Shown here one piece after another: positions 10,553-21,245 of a stretch of DNA of 64,000 nt; within the stretch, counting starts at the first letter, position 1, and the number at the start of each line of letters is the position of its first letter. This stretch comes from Clostridia bacterium (GTDB lineage: Bacteria; Bacillota; Clostridia; UBA1381; UMGS1253). The notes under the pieces were generated by a model. That model worked only from the letters and a program-made list of their open reading frames with translations, was not told where the DNA came from and ran no database searches. The stretch lies in NCBI GenBank assembly GCA_045636325.1, contig JAZTXH010000008.1:63099-127098 (forward strand), in the 5' to 3' direction. A program made the position numbers and the translations under genes.

Positions 10553-13231
10553 TTGAAAAAGAAACTGATGATAATTGATGGAAATAGCATTATAAACCGT
10601 GCTTTTTATGGTATAAGAATGCTTACAAATAAAGACGGAATTCCAACAAATGCACTTATGGGGTTTTTAAATATATATTATAAAAATTTAGAAGAGATAA
10701 ACCCTGATTATGTTTGTGTGGCATTTGATTTACCGGTGCCTACGTTCAGGCATAAGATGTATGATTTATATAAAGCACAAAGAAAGGGAATGCCTGATGA
10801 ATTGGCGGCTCAGATGCCTCTTTTAAAAGAAATACTTCAGGCTATGAATGTGTGCAGATTAGAGCTTGAAGGCTATGAGGCTGACGATATAATCGGTACT
10901 GTTTCAAGACTTTGCAATGAAAGCGATGTTGAGTGCAGCATAATCACGGGCGATAAAGATGATTTACAGCTTGCGTGCGAAAACACAAAAATTCATCTTA
11001 CTGTTACGGGAATGGGTGTAACAAAAACTACTGTATACGGATTTGACGAGGTTGTTGAAAAATATGGTGTTGAGCCAAAAGAATTTATAGATGTTAAGGC
11101 ACTTATGGGAGATACCTCCGATAATATACCGGGCGTGTCGGGTATTGGCGAAAAAACTGCACTTTCACTTATATCAAAAAATAAAAGCATAGAAAAAATT
11201 TATGAAAATGTTGAAGAATGTGGCGTAAAAGGAAAAACATTAGAAAAGATTATTGCAGGGAAAGAAGATGCTTTTATAAGCAAAAAGCTTGCAACAATTG
11301 ACACCTTTGCACCTGTTGATTTTTCATTTGAAAATGCAGTGCTTAAGGATGTAAATACTGATGAACTTTACAAAATTCTTGACAGACTTGAGCTTAAAAG
11401 CATTATAAAAAAGCTTGATTTGGGTGAAAGCAAACTTGCAGAAAAGAAAAATGAAAATATATTTTTAAAACTTAAATCCCATATTATAGAAGATGAAAAT
11501 GAAGCCCGTTCTCTTTTTGAAAATCTTAAAAAAGAAAAAAGTATAACATATAAATTTTATGAATTTAATCAGGCACTGTGCGGTTGTGCCTTTTTATATA
11601 AAAATGATGCGTATTTTATTCCTGTTGGGATGTTTTTTCCTGATGATGAAATCGTAGAATGCTTTAAAGAAATTTTTGAAGACGAAAATATTTTAAAAAC
11701 GGGAATAAATATTAAAGAAGATATAGTAATGCTTAACCGTTATAATGTAACATATCGGGGAGCGGCATTTGACTGTGCTGTTGCAGACTATATTTTAGAC
11801 CCCGCTGAAAGCAGATATACAACCTCGAGAATAGGATATAAAATTCTTGGGGCGGATTTAGATGATGATGAAGAGTTTTTCGGTAAAGGTAAAAGCAAAA
11901 GTGCCATTTGCGATATTAATAACGAAAAAGCAATGGACTATGCTACAAAAGAAGTGTTTCTTTTATCAGAACTTAAAGCACCGCTTGAAGAAAAGCTTGA
12001 GCAAAATAATCAGAAAGATTTGTTTTATAAAATTGAAATGCCTCTTGTGGAAACACTTGCATATATGCAAATTTACGGTATGATGGTAGATAAAGAAAAG
12101 CTTGAAGAGTTTAAACTTCAACTAGAAGAAAAAAACAATTTTTTAACAAAAGAAATTTATTCAATAGTTGGATATGAGTTTAACATTAACTCAACCAAAC
12201 AGTTAGGTGAAGCTTTGTTTGAAAAGCTTGGCTTGCCAGTTATAAAGAAAACAAAAACCGGATATTCAACAGATGCAGATGTGCTTGAAAAATTAAGAAA
12301 TCAACACGAGATTATAGAATATATTATAGAATACAGATTGATAAATAAAATTAAAAGTACCTATGTTGATGGACTTTTATCAGTTATTAATCCTGATACA
12401 ATGCGTATACATTCAAGCTTTAATCAGACTGTTACGGTTACAGGAAGAATCAGCTCAACAGAGCCTAATATGCAAAATATACCGGTAAGGCATCCTTTGG
12501 GAAGAGAAATAAGAAAAATGTTTGTTCCTCGAGAAGGATACAGTTTTGTTGATGCGGATTATTCACAGATTGAACTCAGAATACTTGCGCATATTGCCGA
12601 TGATAAGGAAATGATTAAAGCATTTAAAGATGGGGTGGATATTCATGCAGTAACAGCGTCGCAGATTATGAATGTTCCCTTGAAGGATGTGACAGACCAG
12701 ATGCGTTCTGCGGCAAAAGCTGTTAATTTCGGTATTGTTTACGGTATAGGTGAGTTTTCACTTTCTCAGGATTTAAAAATTTCTGTAAAAGCGGCAAAGC
12801 AGTATATTACAGACTACCTTAAGCATTATAAAGGCATAAGTAAATATATGGAAGATATAAAGAAAAAGGCTGAAGAAATGGGATATGTGGAAACGCTTTT
12901 TGCAAGAAGAAGATATATTCCCGAGCTTAAGAGTTCTAACCATAATTTGCGTGCATTCGGTCAGCGTGTTGCACTTAACACTCCCGTTCAAGGTACTGCA
13001 GCTGATGTTATAAAACTAGCTATGGTAAAGGTGTATAATCGACTTAAGGTTGAAATGCTTGAAGCCAAATTACTGTTGCAGGTTCACGACGAACTTATTG
13101 TTGAGGCGCCTGACAGTGAGGTAGAAAAAGTAAAGATACTTCTTGCCGAAGAAATGGAGAAGGCAGTTTCTTTAAATGTAGCTTTAAAGGCTGAAGTTAA
13201 ATCAGGTAAAAGCTGGTATGAAGCAAAATAA
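10553..13231 (+). CDS. polA: DNA polymerase I
   Basis: 5' nuclease IDGNS...RAFY; polymerase motifs DYSQIELRILAH, KAVNFGIVYG, QVHDEL; TTG start after AGGAGG. Confidence 0.97.
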   Translation: MKKKLMIIDGNSIINRAFYGIRMLTNKDGIPTNALMGFLNIYYKNLEEINPDYVCVAFDLPVPTFRHKMYDLYKAQRKGMPDELAAQMPLLKEILQAMNVCRLELEGYEADDIIGTVSRLCNESDVECSIITGDKDDLQLACENTKIHLTVTGMGVTKTTVYGFDEVVEKYGVEPKEFIDVKALMGDTSDNIPGVSGIGEKTALSLISKNKSIEKIYENVEECGVKGKTLEKIIAGKEDAFISKKLATIDTFAPVDFSFENAVLKDVNTDELYKILDRLELKSIIKKLDLGESKLAEKKNENIFLKLKSHIIEDENEARSLFENLKKEKSITYKFYEFNQALCGCAFLYKNDAYFIPVGMFFPDDEIVECFKEIFEDENILKTGINIKEDIVMLNRYNVTYRGAAFDCAVADYILDPAESRYTTSRIGYKILGADLDDDEEFFGKGKSKSAICDINNEKAMDYATKEVFLLSELKAPLEEKLEQNNQKDLFYKIEMPLVETLAYMQIYGMMVDKEKLEEFKLQLEEKNNFLTKEIYSIVGYEFNINSTKQLGEALFEKLGLPVIKKTKTGYSTDADVLEKLRNQHEIIEYIIEYRLINKIKSTYVDGLLSVINPDTMRIHSSFNQTVTVTGRISSTEPNMQNIPVRHPLGREIRKMFVPREGYSFVDADYSQIELRILAHIADDKEMIKAFKDGVDIHAVTASQIMNVPLKDVTDQMRSAAKAVNFGIVYGIGEFSLSQDLKISVKAAKQYITDYLKHYKGISKYMEDIKKKAEEMGYVETLFARRRYIPELKSSNHNLRAFGQRVALNTPVQGTAADVIKLAMVKVYNRLKVEMLEAKLLLQVHDELIVEAPDSEVEKVKILLAEEMEKAVSLNVALKAEVKSGKSWYEAK

Positions 13232-13237
13232 GGAGTT

Positions 13238-13828
13238 TTGTTTATGATAATAGGTATAACAGGCGGAAGCGGAAGCGGTAAAAGCAGAGTTTCAAAAGTG
13301 CTTTACGATAAAGGCTTTTATATAATTGATGCAGACCTTGTTGCAAGAGAATGTGTAAAAAAAGGAAAGCCCTCTTATAATGAAATAATGAAACGTTTTG
13401 GAGAAGATGTTTTTTTGCCCTGTGGTGAGCTTGACCGAAAAAAACTTGGTGCTATAGTGTTCAGCGACGAAAAAGAGCTTGAAGCCTTGAATAAAATAAC
13501 TCATAAATATATAAAAAAAGAAATTGAAAAGCAAATTGAGGAAAATTCAGATAAAGATATCGTAATTGATGCAGCAGTGCTTAAGCAGGGAGGGCTTTGG
13601 GAGCTTTGCGATATAGTTGTTTTAGTGCGGGCAGAAAAGCAAGTTCGTATAAAAAGAATTATGCAAAGGGACACATTAAGTGAGGAAAATGCAAAAAACA
13701 GAATTGAAAGCCAGCCTGATGATAAAGAATATATGGAATATTGCGATTTTGTGGCAGACAATTCAGGAGATTTTAAACCTGATGAAATTGCAGACATGAT
13801 ACTGGATTTTGCTGAAAGTAAAAGGTAG
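13238..13828 (+). CDS. coaE: dephospho-CoA kinase
   Basis: GITGGSGSGKS, IIDAD, LDRKKLG; follows polA. Confidence 0.93.
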   Translation: MFMIIGITGGSGSGKSRVSKVLYDKGFYIIDADLVARECVKKGKPSYNEIMKRFGEDVFLPCGELDRKKLGAIVFSDEKELEALNKITHKYIKKEIEKQIEENSDKDIVIDAAVLKQGGLWELCDIVVLVRAEKQVRIKRIMQRDTLSEENAKNRIESQPDDKEYMEYCDFVADNSGDFKPDEIADMILDFAESKR

Positions 13829-14398
13829 GTGGGAGATACAGTGAAAACGAAAATGTTTATATTTGTTTTGGCACTTGTAATGTTTCTTGGCGGATGCGAT
13901 AAAAATGATGCAATGAAGATATCGTATCCCGATGATTTTAAAACATTGGTATTAAAATACAGCAGCGAAAATAACATTGACCCTTATTTAGTGTTTGGAA
14001 TAATAAAAAGAGAAAGTAAATTTATGCATAAGGCAGAGTCATCAAAAGGGGCAAGAGGGCTTATGCAACTTACAAAAGCTACTGCAGAGTGGATTGCAGA
14101 ATTTTCAGGAATGGAAAGTTTTTATTATAAAGATATTTTTGAGCCCTCGGTAAATATCAGATTAGGATGTGCATATTTTGCTCATTTACTTGATGTGTAT
14201 TCAGGAAATATTCCGCTTGCATTGTGTGCATATAATGCAGGTCTTGGAAATGTAAATTCGTGGCTGAGTGACGGAACTTTAAGCAAAGATAATTTTGATG
14301 CAGAAAAAATCCCATTTGAAGAAACGAGAAAGTATGTAAAAGATGTTATGGAATATGCAAAGGTATATAAACAGCTTTACCCTGAAATTGCAGAATAA
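13829..14398 (+). CDS. lytic transglycosylase (SLT domain) lipoprotein
   Basis: IKRESKF, GARGLMQL, AYNAG, ETRKYV; lipobox-like LGGC; start may be GTG 13841. Confidence 0.9.
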   Translation: MGDTVKTKMFIFVLALVMFLGGCDKNDAMKISYPDDFKTLVLKYSSENNIDPYLVFGIIKRESKFMHKAESSKGARGLMQLTKATAEWIAEFSGMESFYYKDIFEPSVNIRLGCAYFAHLLDVYSGNIPLALCAYNAGLGNVNSWLSDGTLSKDNFDAEKIPFEETRKYVKDVMEYAKVYKQLYPEIAE

Positions 14399-14514
14399 AC
14401 AACCATTTTAAAAAAAATAATCATAAAATATGGAGAAAAAAAGAAAGTTTTATAAAAAATATATAAAACAGAATGCCAAAGTAAAAAATATTTTTAAAAA
14501 AATGAAAAAAGTTG

Positions 14515-14543
14515 TTGCATTAAGAAAATGTATATGCTATAAT
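14515..14543 (+). promoter_or_regulatory. sigma-A promoter of rpmE-rpsO
   Basis: TTGCAT-17bp-TATAAT with extended TG. Confidence 0.7.
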
Positions 14544-14599
14544 AAACAATGTTGCGGTATGTTTTATTGCAACTATCATAAAGAAAGGAGGATTGCTTT

Positions 14600-14803
14600 A
14601 TGAGAGAAGGTATCCATCCCGATTATAAACAGACAACAATTACATGTGCATGCGGAGAAGTAATTGAAACAGGTTCAACAAAGGAAAACATCAAAGTTGA
14701 AATTTGCTCAAAGTGTCACCCGTTCTTCACAGGTAAGCAGAAGCTTGTTGATACAGGCGGACGTGTTGAGAAGTTTAAGAAGCGTTTTGGTCTTGATAAG
14801 TAA
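14600..14803 (+). CDS. rpmE: 50S ribosomal protein L31 (Zn-binding type)
   Basis: MREGIHPDY...CACG...[10 protein letters not shown]. Confidence 0.97.
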   Translation: MREGIHPDYKQTTITCACGEVIETGSTKENIKVEICSKCHPFFTGKQKLVDTGGRVEKFKKRFGLDK

Positions 14804-14855
14804 TTGTAAGATTGCAGCGTAAAAAAAGTTAGTTTTGTTTTTTTTAGAATGATTA

Positions 14856-14935
14856 GTAAAACCGCATCGCAGATTTTGGCTTCTCCGGCCTTTTCCGGGA
14901 TGCAGGCGTTTCTTTTCAAATATCAGGAGGTGAAA
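14856..14935 (+). promoter_or_regulatory. probable S15 leader (autoregulatory RNA structure)
   Basis: GC-rich structured stretch (GCATC...GATGC, CCGG...CCGG) directly upstream of the rpsO RBS, where Firmicutes S15 leaders lie. Confidence 0.5.
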
Positions 14936-14938
14936 ATA

Positions 14939-15202
14939 ATGATTAAAGAAGTAAAGACAGCTATTATCGCTGAATACAAAATTCACGAAACAGATACAGG
15001 TTCTCCCGAAGTGCAGATTGCTGTATTAACAGAGAGAATTAATCACTTGAATGAGCATCTTAAGACACATAAGAAGGATCATCATTCAAGAAGAGGTCTT
15101 TTAAAGATGGTTGGTAAGAGAAGAGGTCTTTTGGATTACTTAATGAAGACTGATATCGAAAGATACCGTGCTATCGTTGCTAAGTTAAATCTTAGAAAGT
15201 AG
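14939..15202 (+). CDS. rpsO: 30S ribosomal protein S15
   Basis: [10 protein letters not shown]...[16 protein letters not shown]; start after AGGAGG. Confidence 0.97.
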   Translation: MIKEVKTAIIAEYKIHETDTGSPEVQIAVLTERINHLNEHLKTHKKDHHSRRGLLKMVGKRRGLLDYLMKTDIERYRAIVAKLNLRK

Positions 15203-15211
15203 TTTATATAT

Positions 15212-15243
15212 AATGAGCGGAAGTTTGTTTCTTCCGCTCATTT
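15212..15243 (+). terminator. rho-independent terminator after rpsO
   Basis: AATGAGCGGAAG/CTTCCGCTCATT inverted repeat followed by T's. Confidence 0.75.
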
Positions 15244-15256
15244 GTATGTATTTAAG

Positions 15257-15341
15257 CTGTGGTATTCTGACGGTTAGCAGTTAGATTAGCGTTTCAAAAA
15301 GTTGGAGCATTAGTCTAAGTGCTAAACATCAGTTACCGCGG
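15257..15341 (+). promoter_or_regulatory. long hairpin in pnp leader (putative RNase III site)
   Basis: Nested complementary arms CTGTGGTA/TACCGCGG, CTGA/TCAG, TTAGCA/TGCTAA, TTAGATTA/TAGTCTAA, TTTCAA/TTGGAG. Confidence 0.65.
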
Positions 15342-15388
15342 ATAAAAAATAATTAAAAACAAATTTTAAAGAAAAGAGGTAATTTAGA

Positions 15389-17464
15389 ATGTTTAAAACT
15401 TTTGAAACTACACTTGCCGGCAGACCTTTAGTTGTTGAAACAGGTAAAATGGCATGCCTTACAAACGGACACTGTCTTGTTCGTTATGGCGATACTGCTG
15501 TAATGGTAAATGTTACAGCTTCGAGAACTCCCAGAGAAGGAGTTGACTTTTTCCCTTTAAGTGTTGATTATGAAGAAAAGCTATACTCAGTTGGTAAAAT
15601 TCCAGGCGGTTACATTAAAAGAGAAGGTAAGCCTTCTGAAAAGGCTATCCTTACAAGCCGTGTTATAGATAGACCTATAAGACCTTTGTTCCCTTCAGAT
15701 TTAAGAAATGACGTATCTGTAGTGGCAACAGTTTTATCTGTTGAGCAGGACAATCCTCCTGAAGTTGCAGCTATGATTGGTACATCTATTGCAATTGCAA
15801 TTTCTGATGTTCCGTGGAATGGTCCTATTGGTGGTGTTTGGCTTGGTCTTGTTGATGGAAAGTTTGTTATCAATCCCACTGTTGAGGAAAGAGAAAAATC
15901 TGAAATGCATGTTACAGTTGCAGGCACAAAGCAGAAGATTGTAATGATTGAAGCAGGTGCAAATGAAATCGAAGAAAGCGTTATGCTTGACGGTATTAAA
16001 TTTGCTCACGAAACAATTATTGAAATCTGTGATTTTGTTGAAAGCATTCAGAAAGAAATTGGTAAAGAAAAGTTTGAATACGAGGCTCATGATGTAAACC
16101 ATGATTTATGGGATGCTGTAAAGGCTATGAGCTATGAAAAAATTCAGCATGCCCTTGATACAGATGATAAAAACATTCGTGACGAGCGTATGGGTGTTGT
16201 GGAAGACGAGCTTGTTGAAGCACTTTCAGAGCAGTTCCCCACAATAGCAGAAGAATTAGGCGAAATTCTATATAAAATGCAGAAGGAAATTGTTCGTGAC
16301 TGGCTTGTTGCAGGCAGACGTGTTGACGGCAGAGGTCTAAATGATATCCGTCCGTTAGCGGCTGAAGTTGATTTGCTTGCAAGAACACATGGTTCAGGTA
16401 TGTTCACAAGAGGTCAGACTCAGGTTCTTACAGTAGCAACCCTTGCTCCTTTGGCAGAAGTACAGCGCTTAGATGGTATTGATGTTGAAGAAACAAAGAG
16501 ATATATGCATCACTACAATTTCCCCAGCTACAGTGTTGGAGAAACAAAGCCCTCAAGAGGTCCGGGCCGTCGTGAGATCGGTCATGGTGCATTGGCAGAG
16601 CGTTCATTGGTACCCGTTCTTCCCAGTGAAGAAGAATTCCCTTACGCAATCAGAACAGTTTCTGAAGTGTTAAGCTCTAATGGTTCAACATCTCAGGGTA
16701 GTGTTTGCGGAAGCACATTGGCTCTTATGGCTGCAGGCGTTCCGATTAAAGCACCGGTTGCAGGTATTTCCTGCGGTCTTATTACCACAGACAACGGCTT
16801 TACAACAATGGTTGACATTCAGGGACTTGAAGATTTTTATGGAGAGATGGATTTTAAGGTAGCCGGCACAAAGAAGGGTATCACATCTATTCAGGTTGAT
16901 ATCAAGAATGACGGTCTTACCTATGAAGTAATCTGGGAAGCTTTCACAAAGACAAGAGATGCACGTTATCATATTATTGATGATGTATTGCTTAAAGCTA
17001 TTGCAGAGCCCAGAGAAGAGCTTTCAAAATACGCTCCTAAGGTAATCAGAATGACAATTGACCCCGAAAAGATTAGTGAAGTAATCGGTAAGGGCGGAAA
17101 AGTTATTCAGAAGATTGTTGCTGATACAGGTGCTCAAATTGATATTGAAGATGATGGTACAGTTCTTATTTTCTCAGCTGACCAAGAAGGTGGCAGTGCT
17201 GCGCAGAAAATTATTGAAAGAATCGTAAAAGAGCCTGAAGTTGGCGAAGTCTACACAGGCAAAGTTGTAAGAATTATGGATTTCGGAGCATTTGTAGAAA
17301 TTCTTCCTGGCAAAGACGGACTTGTTCATATTTCAAAGCTTGATAAAAAGCGTGTTGAAAAGGTAACGGACGTTGTTAAAGAAGGCGACGAAATTACGGT
17401 TAAGGTTATAGAAATTGATAAGCAGGGCAGAATAAACTTGTCCCGCAAGGATATGTTGGATTAA
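15389..17464 (+). CDS. pnp: polyribonucleotide nucleotidyltransferase
   Basis: DFFPLSVDYEE, RREIGHG, GEMDFKVAG, KH and S1 domains. Confidence 0.97.
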   Translation: MFKTFETTLAGRPLVVETGKMACLTNGHCLVRYGDTAVMVNVTASRTPREGVDFFPLSVDYEEKLYSVGKIPGGYIKREGKPSEKAILTSRVIDRPIRPLFPSDLRNDVSVVATVLSVEQDNPPEVAAMIGTSIAIAISDVPWNGPIGGVWLGLVDGKFVINPTVEEREKSEMHVTVAGTKQKIVMIEAGANEIEESVMLDGIKFAHETIIEICDFVESIQKEIGKEKFEYEAHDVNHDLWDAVKAMSYEKIQHALDTDDKNIRDERMGVVEDELVEALSEQFPTIAEELGEILYKMQKEIVRDWLVAGRRVDGRGLNDIRPLAAEVDLLARTHGSGMFTRGQTQVLTVATLAPLAEVQRLDGIDVEETKRYMHHYNFPSYSVGETKPSRGPGRREIGHGALAERSLVPVLPSEEEFPYAIRTVSEVLSSNGSTSQGSVCGSTLALMAAGVPIKAPVAGISCGLITTDNGFTTMVDIQGLEDFYGEMDFKVAGTKKGITSIQVDIKNDGLTYEVIWEAFTKTRDARYHIIDDVLLKAIAEPREELSKYAPKVIRMTIDPEKISEVIGKGGKVIQKIVADTGAQIDIEDDGTVLIFSADQEGGSAAQKIIERIVKEPEVGEVYTGKVVRIMDFGAFVEILPGKDGLVHISKLDKKRVEKVTDVVKEGDEITVKVIEIDKQGRINLSRKDMLD

Positions 17465-17528
17465 TTTGTAATATTTCAAAGGATGCGGGAAACTGCATCC
17501 TTTTTTGTGCAAAAAAAGGAGAATTACA

Positions 17529-18797
17529 TTGGTTGAAAGAAAAGTTTTACAAAATGGTTTAACTGTTGTATATGAAAAAATTGATTATGTGCGCTCGGTA
17601 TCTACAGGTGTGTTTATAAAAAACGGCTCGGTGCATGAAAGTGAGGATAATCTTGGCATATCGCATTTTATAGAGCACATGCTTTTTAAAGGCACTAATA
17701 AAAGAAGTGCAAAACAAATTGCGGTGGAAATGGATGCGGTTGGAGGCGTGCTTAATGCATATACCACAAAGGAATATACCTGTTATCATACAAAAATTCT
17801 TGACACATATTTTTCACTTTCGACAGATATTTTATCGGATATGATTTTAAATCCAAAGCTTTCAGACTCTGATATTGAAATGGAAAGAAATGTTGTTTTT
17901 GAAGAAATTGCAATGTATGAAGATGCACCGGAAGAGCTTGTGCATGATTTATTTTTAGAGGCGGCATGGGGCGCAGGCGCAGGCATTGGCGCACCAACCC
18001 TTGGAACTCACGAAACCCTTAATTTATTTACTGTGGATAATATAAGAGCGTATATGAAAAAAACATATATTCCGCAAAATTGCGTAATTGCCGTTACGGG
18101 AAATCTGCCTGACGGATTTATGGATATAATTGAAGAACAATTTGGTTTATGGAAATCAGGGGAAAAAGAAAATGTTTTATCTTTTCAACAGTTTAAGCCT
18201 ACAATTATAACAAAGTCAAAGGATATAGAGCAGATTCATTTCTGCATCGGTTTTGAAGCATTTAACGGTGATAATGAGAAAAATTATGACCTTCTTGCCT
18301 TTAACAATATTTTCGGCAGTTCAATGAGCTCTGATTTGTTTCAAAAGGTGAGAGAAGAAAAAGGTCTTGTTTACTCAATTTTTTCTTATCTTTCAAATTT
18401 TGTATCTATGGGTGCAATGGTTGTAAGTGCCAGCATGCATCCTAAAAATTTGGGTGAGGTTTTAAATATTATATACGACAGTATCGAAAAAGCAAAAAAA
18501 CACGAGATTTTACCTGAGCGGTGCTTTCAGGCAAAGGAGCAGCTTAAAGGAAATTATATTATGGGTCTTGAAAATGTAAATTCAAGAATGCAAAGTATTG
18601 GCAGGTCGTACCTTTTATATAAAAAGAACAGAAGTCCCGAAGAAGTGCTTAAAAAGATTGATAATATCACTTATGAGGGCGTATGTAAAGTGGTCGATAA
18701 TGTGTTTGATTTTGATAAAATGTGTGCATCTGCAATCGGCAGCGACGCAGATAAATATAAAGACTTGTTTTGTAAAAAACACCTTTCTAGCCCTTGA
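17529..18797 (+). CDS. M16 family (pitrilysin-like) zinc peptidase
   Basis: HFIEH inverted zinc motif, LNAYT, VREEKGLVY; usual position after pnp. Confidence 0.92.
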   Translation: MVERKVLQNGLTVVYEKIDYVRSVSTGVFIKNGSVHESEDNLGISHFIEHMLFKGTNKRSAKQIAVEMDAVGGVLNAYTTKEYTCYHTKILDTYFSLSTDILSDMILNPKLSDSDIEMERNVVFEEIAMYEDAPEELVHDLFLEAAWGAGAGIGAPTLGTHETLNLFTVDNIRAYMKKTYIPQNCVIAVTGNLPDGFMDIIEEQFGLWKSGEKENVLSFQQFKPTIITKSKDIEQIHFCIGFEAFNGDNEKNYDLLAFNNIFGSSMSSDLFQKVREEKGLVYSIFSYLSNFVSMGAMVVSASMHPKNLGEVLNIIYDSIEKAKKHEILPERCFQAKEQLKGNYIMGLENVNSRMQSIGRSYLLYKKNRSPEEVLKKIDNITYEGVCKVVDNVFDFDKMCASAIGSDADKYKDLFCKKHLSSP

Positions 18798-18822
18798 CTT
18801 TTAAAACAAAAAATAGTATAAT
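18794..18822 (+). promoter_or_regulatory. sigma-A promoter of thrS
   Basis: TTGACT-17bp-TATAAT. Confidence 0.75.
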
Positions 18823-18899
18823 GGTAATGTTTAAAATTTTATCGCAAAATGAGTTTACACGCATTTGGTAAACAAGCGGCGGAAAAGGAGAGATTTAAT

Positions 18900-20663
18900 A
18901 TGAGTAACGAAGTAGTTTATGATGAACTCAGAACACTGCGTCACAGTGCATCACATATTATGGCACAGGCAGTGAAACGTTTATTTCCGGAGGTTAAGTT
19001 AGCAATAGGTCCTGCTATTGATACAGGATTTTATTATGATTTTGATACCACCACTACCTTTACCGCTGAGGATTTGGAAAACATAGAAGCTGAAATGAAA
19101 AAGATTGCTAAGGAAAACCTTAAAATCGAACGGTTTGAGCTTCCAAAAGAAGAAGCTTTGGAATTGATGAAGGACGAACCTTATAAAGTAGAACTTATAA
19201 ACGATTTGGCTGAAGGTGAGATAATTTCTTTTTTTAAACAGGGCGAATTTACTGACCTTTGCGCAGGTCCTCACGTTAATTATACAAGCAAGGTAAAAGC
19301 ATTTAAGCTTCTTAGTGCAACCGGTGCATACTGGCGCGGTGATGAAAAGAACAAAATGCTTCAAAGAATATATGGTACTGCTTATAAAACAAAGGATGAA
19401 TTAGCCGTTCATTTAGAACAGCTTGAAGAAGCTAAAAAGCGTGATCATAATAAGCTTGGCAGAGATTTAGAGATTTTTACTACTGTTGACACAATTGGTC
19501 AGGGACTTCCAATTTTACTTCCCAAGGGCGCAAGAATTATTCAGCTTTTGCAACGCTGGGTTGAAGATGAAGAACAGGCACGTGGCTGGCAGATGACAAA
19601 AACACCTCTTATGGCAAAAAGCGATTTGTATAAAATTTCAGGTCACTGGGATCATTATAAAGATGGCATGTTCGTTATGGGTGATGAGGATAAGGATGAC
19701 GAGGTTTTTGCACTTCGCCCGATGACTTGTCCGTTCCAATATCAGGCGTTTTTAAACCGCGGCAGATCTTATCGTGATTTGCCCATGCGTCTTAGCGAAA
19801 CATCAACACTTTTCAGAAATGAATCATCAGGTGAAATGCATGGTCTTATCAGAGTACGTCAGTTCACAATTTCTGAAGGGCATTTAATGTGTACACCTGC
19901 TCAGCTTGCAGACGAGTTTAAAAACTGTCTTGAGCTTACAAACTATATGTTAAAAACTCTTGGTTTGTATGAAGATGTTTCTTATCGTTTTTCACAGTGG
20001 GATCCTGATAACAGAGATAAATATATTGGTACAGACGAACAGTGGGCAGAGGCTCAGGGCATTATGAAGGATATTTTAGACGGTCTTGGCATTGATTATA
20101 AAATCGCTATCGGTGAGGCGGCTTTCTATGGTCCTAAGCTTGATATTCAGATTAAGAATGTTCATGGTAAAGAAGATACATTGGTAACAATTCAGGTTGA
20201 CCAAATGCTTGCTGAAAAGTTCGGCATGGAATATGTTGACAGTGACGGCAAGAAAAAGAATCCTTACATTATTCACAGAACTTCAATCGGATGCTATGAA
20301 AGAACACTTGCGCTTCTTATTGAAAAATATGCAGGTGCGTTCCCGACATGGCTTGCGCCTGTTCAGGTTAAGGCGATTTCGCTTTCTGAAAAGCACGCTG
20401 AGTATATAGCTGATGTTGCTTTAAAACTTGCAAGAGTTGGCATAAGAGTTGAAACCGATATAAGAAACGAAAAAGTCGGATATAAGATAAGAGAAGCTCA
20501 GCTCGAAAAAATTCCTTATATGTTAGTTGCAGGTGATAAGGAAATGGAAGTAGGCGCTGTTTCTGTGAGAAGTCGAAAAAACGGTGACAAGGGCAGTATG
20601 GGTCTTGAAGAGTTTATAGAATTGATTGAAAAGGAAATCAATGAAAAGACTTTAAACTATTAA
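18900..20663 (+). CDS. thrS: threonine--tRNA ligase (lacks N-terminal TGS domain)
   Basis: RHSASH editing motif, DLCAGPH, RPMTCP, AAFYGPKLD; start after AAGGAG. Confidence 0.96.
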   Translation: MSNEVVYDELRTLRHSASHIMAQAVKRLFPEVKLAIGPAIDTGFYYDFDTTTTFTAEDLENIEAEMKKIAKENLKIERFELPKEEALELMKDEPYKVELINDLAEGEIISFFKQGEFTDLCAGPHVNYTSKVKAFKLLSATGAYWRGDEKNKMLQRIYGTAYKTKDELAVHLEQLEEAKKRDHNKLGRDLEIFTTVDTIGQGLPILLPKGARIIQLLQRWVEDEEQARGWQMTKTPLMAKSDLYKISGHWDHYKDGMFVMGDEDKDDEVFALRPMTCPFQYQAFLNRGRSYRDLPMRLSETSTLFRNESSGEMHGLIRVRQFTISEGHLMCTPAQLADEFKNCLELTNYMLKTLGLYEDVSYRFSQWDPDNRDKYIGTDEQWAEAQGIMKDILDGLGIDYKIAIGEAAFYGPKLDIQIKNVHGKEDTLVTIQVDQMLAEKFGMEYVDSDGKKKNPYIIHRTSIGCYERTLALLIEKYAGAFPTWLAPVQVKAISLSEKHAEYIADVALKLARVGIRVETDIRNEKVGYKIREAQLEKIPYMLVAGDKEMEVGAVSVRSRKNGDKGSMGLEEFIELIEKEINEKTLNY

Positions 20664-20717
20664 TTTAATACTTATATAAAAAAACAGTGTTCACGTTAAA
20701 ATGAACACTGTTTTTAC

Positions 20718-21236
20718 TTATTCTAAAATATTCTTGTTTTTAAAAAAGTAAAATAAGGGAATTCCTAAGATATAAAGCACTGCAATTTCACCTAAAGCAA
20801 TGGTTAACATACAGTAAAGAACTGAAATTAAATTCAGATTTCCGCCCGTTATATAGGGAAGATAGCTTCCTACTATAAGTGAATTTGAAAGCACTGTCGG
20901 CAATGGTGATAAAAGAATGGTAAATTTGTTTTTTGAAAAAAATCCTCTTAGCAAATATGTTACACAAGCGGCAAGAAGTGTAGCAAATGTGCCAAGGGTT
21001 AGGTCAAAAACATTTGCTCCGTAAGGTGTGAACAGATTTGCCAAAAAGCAACCTATAATAACGCCGGGTACGCATCTGCCTGAAAGAAGGCACAAAAGCA
21101 TAAAGCTTTCAGATACTCTGAACTGAATTGGCCCGAAGGCAAGTAAATTGAGCGGCGGTACCAATGCAAGTATAACATAAAGTGCGCCAACAAGGGCAGC
21201 CTTCGTAAGAGCTGCAATTTTTTTTGAGTTTTTCAT
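20718..21236 (-). CDS. queT: QueT family queuosine-precursor transporter
   Basis: LAFGPIQFRVSE and GCFLAN motifs; preQ1 riboswitch upstream. Confidence 0.9.
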   Translation of the reverse strand: MKNSKKIAALTKAALVGALYVILALVPPLNLLAFGPIQFRVSESFMLLCLLSGRCVPGVIIGCFLANLFTPYGANVFDLTLGTFATLLAACVTYLLRGFFSKNKFTILLSPLPTVLSNSLIVGSYLPYITGGNLNLISVLYCMLTIALGEIAVLYILGIPLFYFFKNKNILE

Positions 21237-21245
21237 TTTTTTAAA

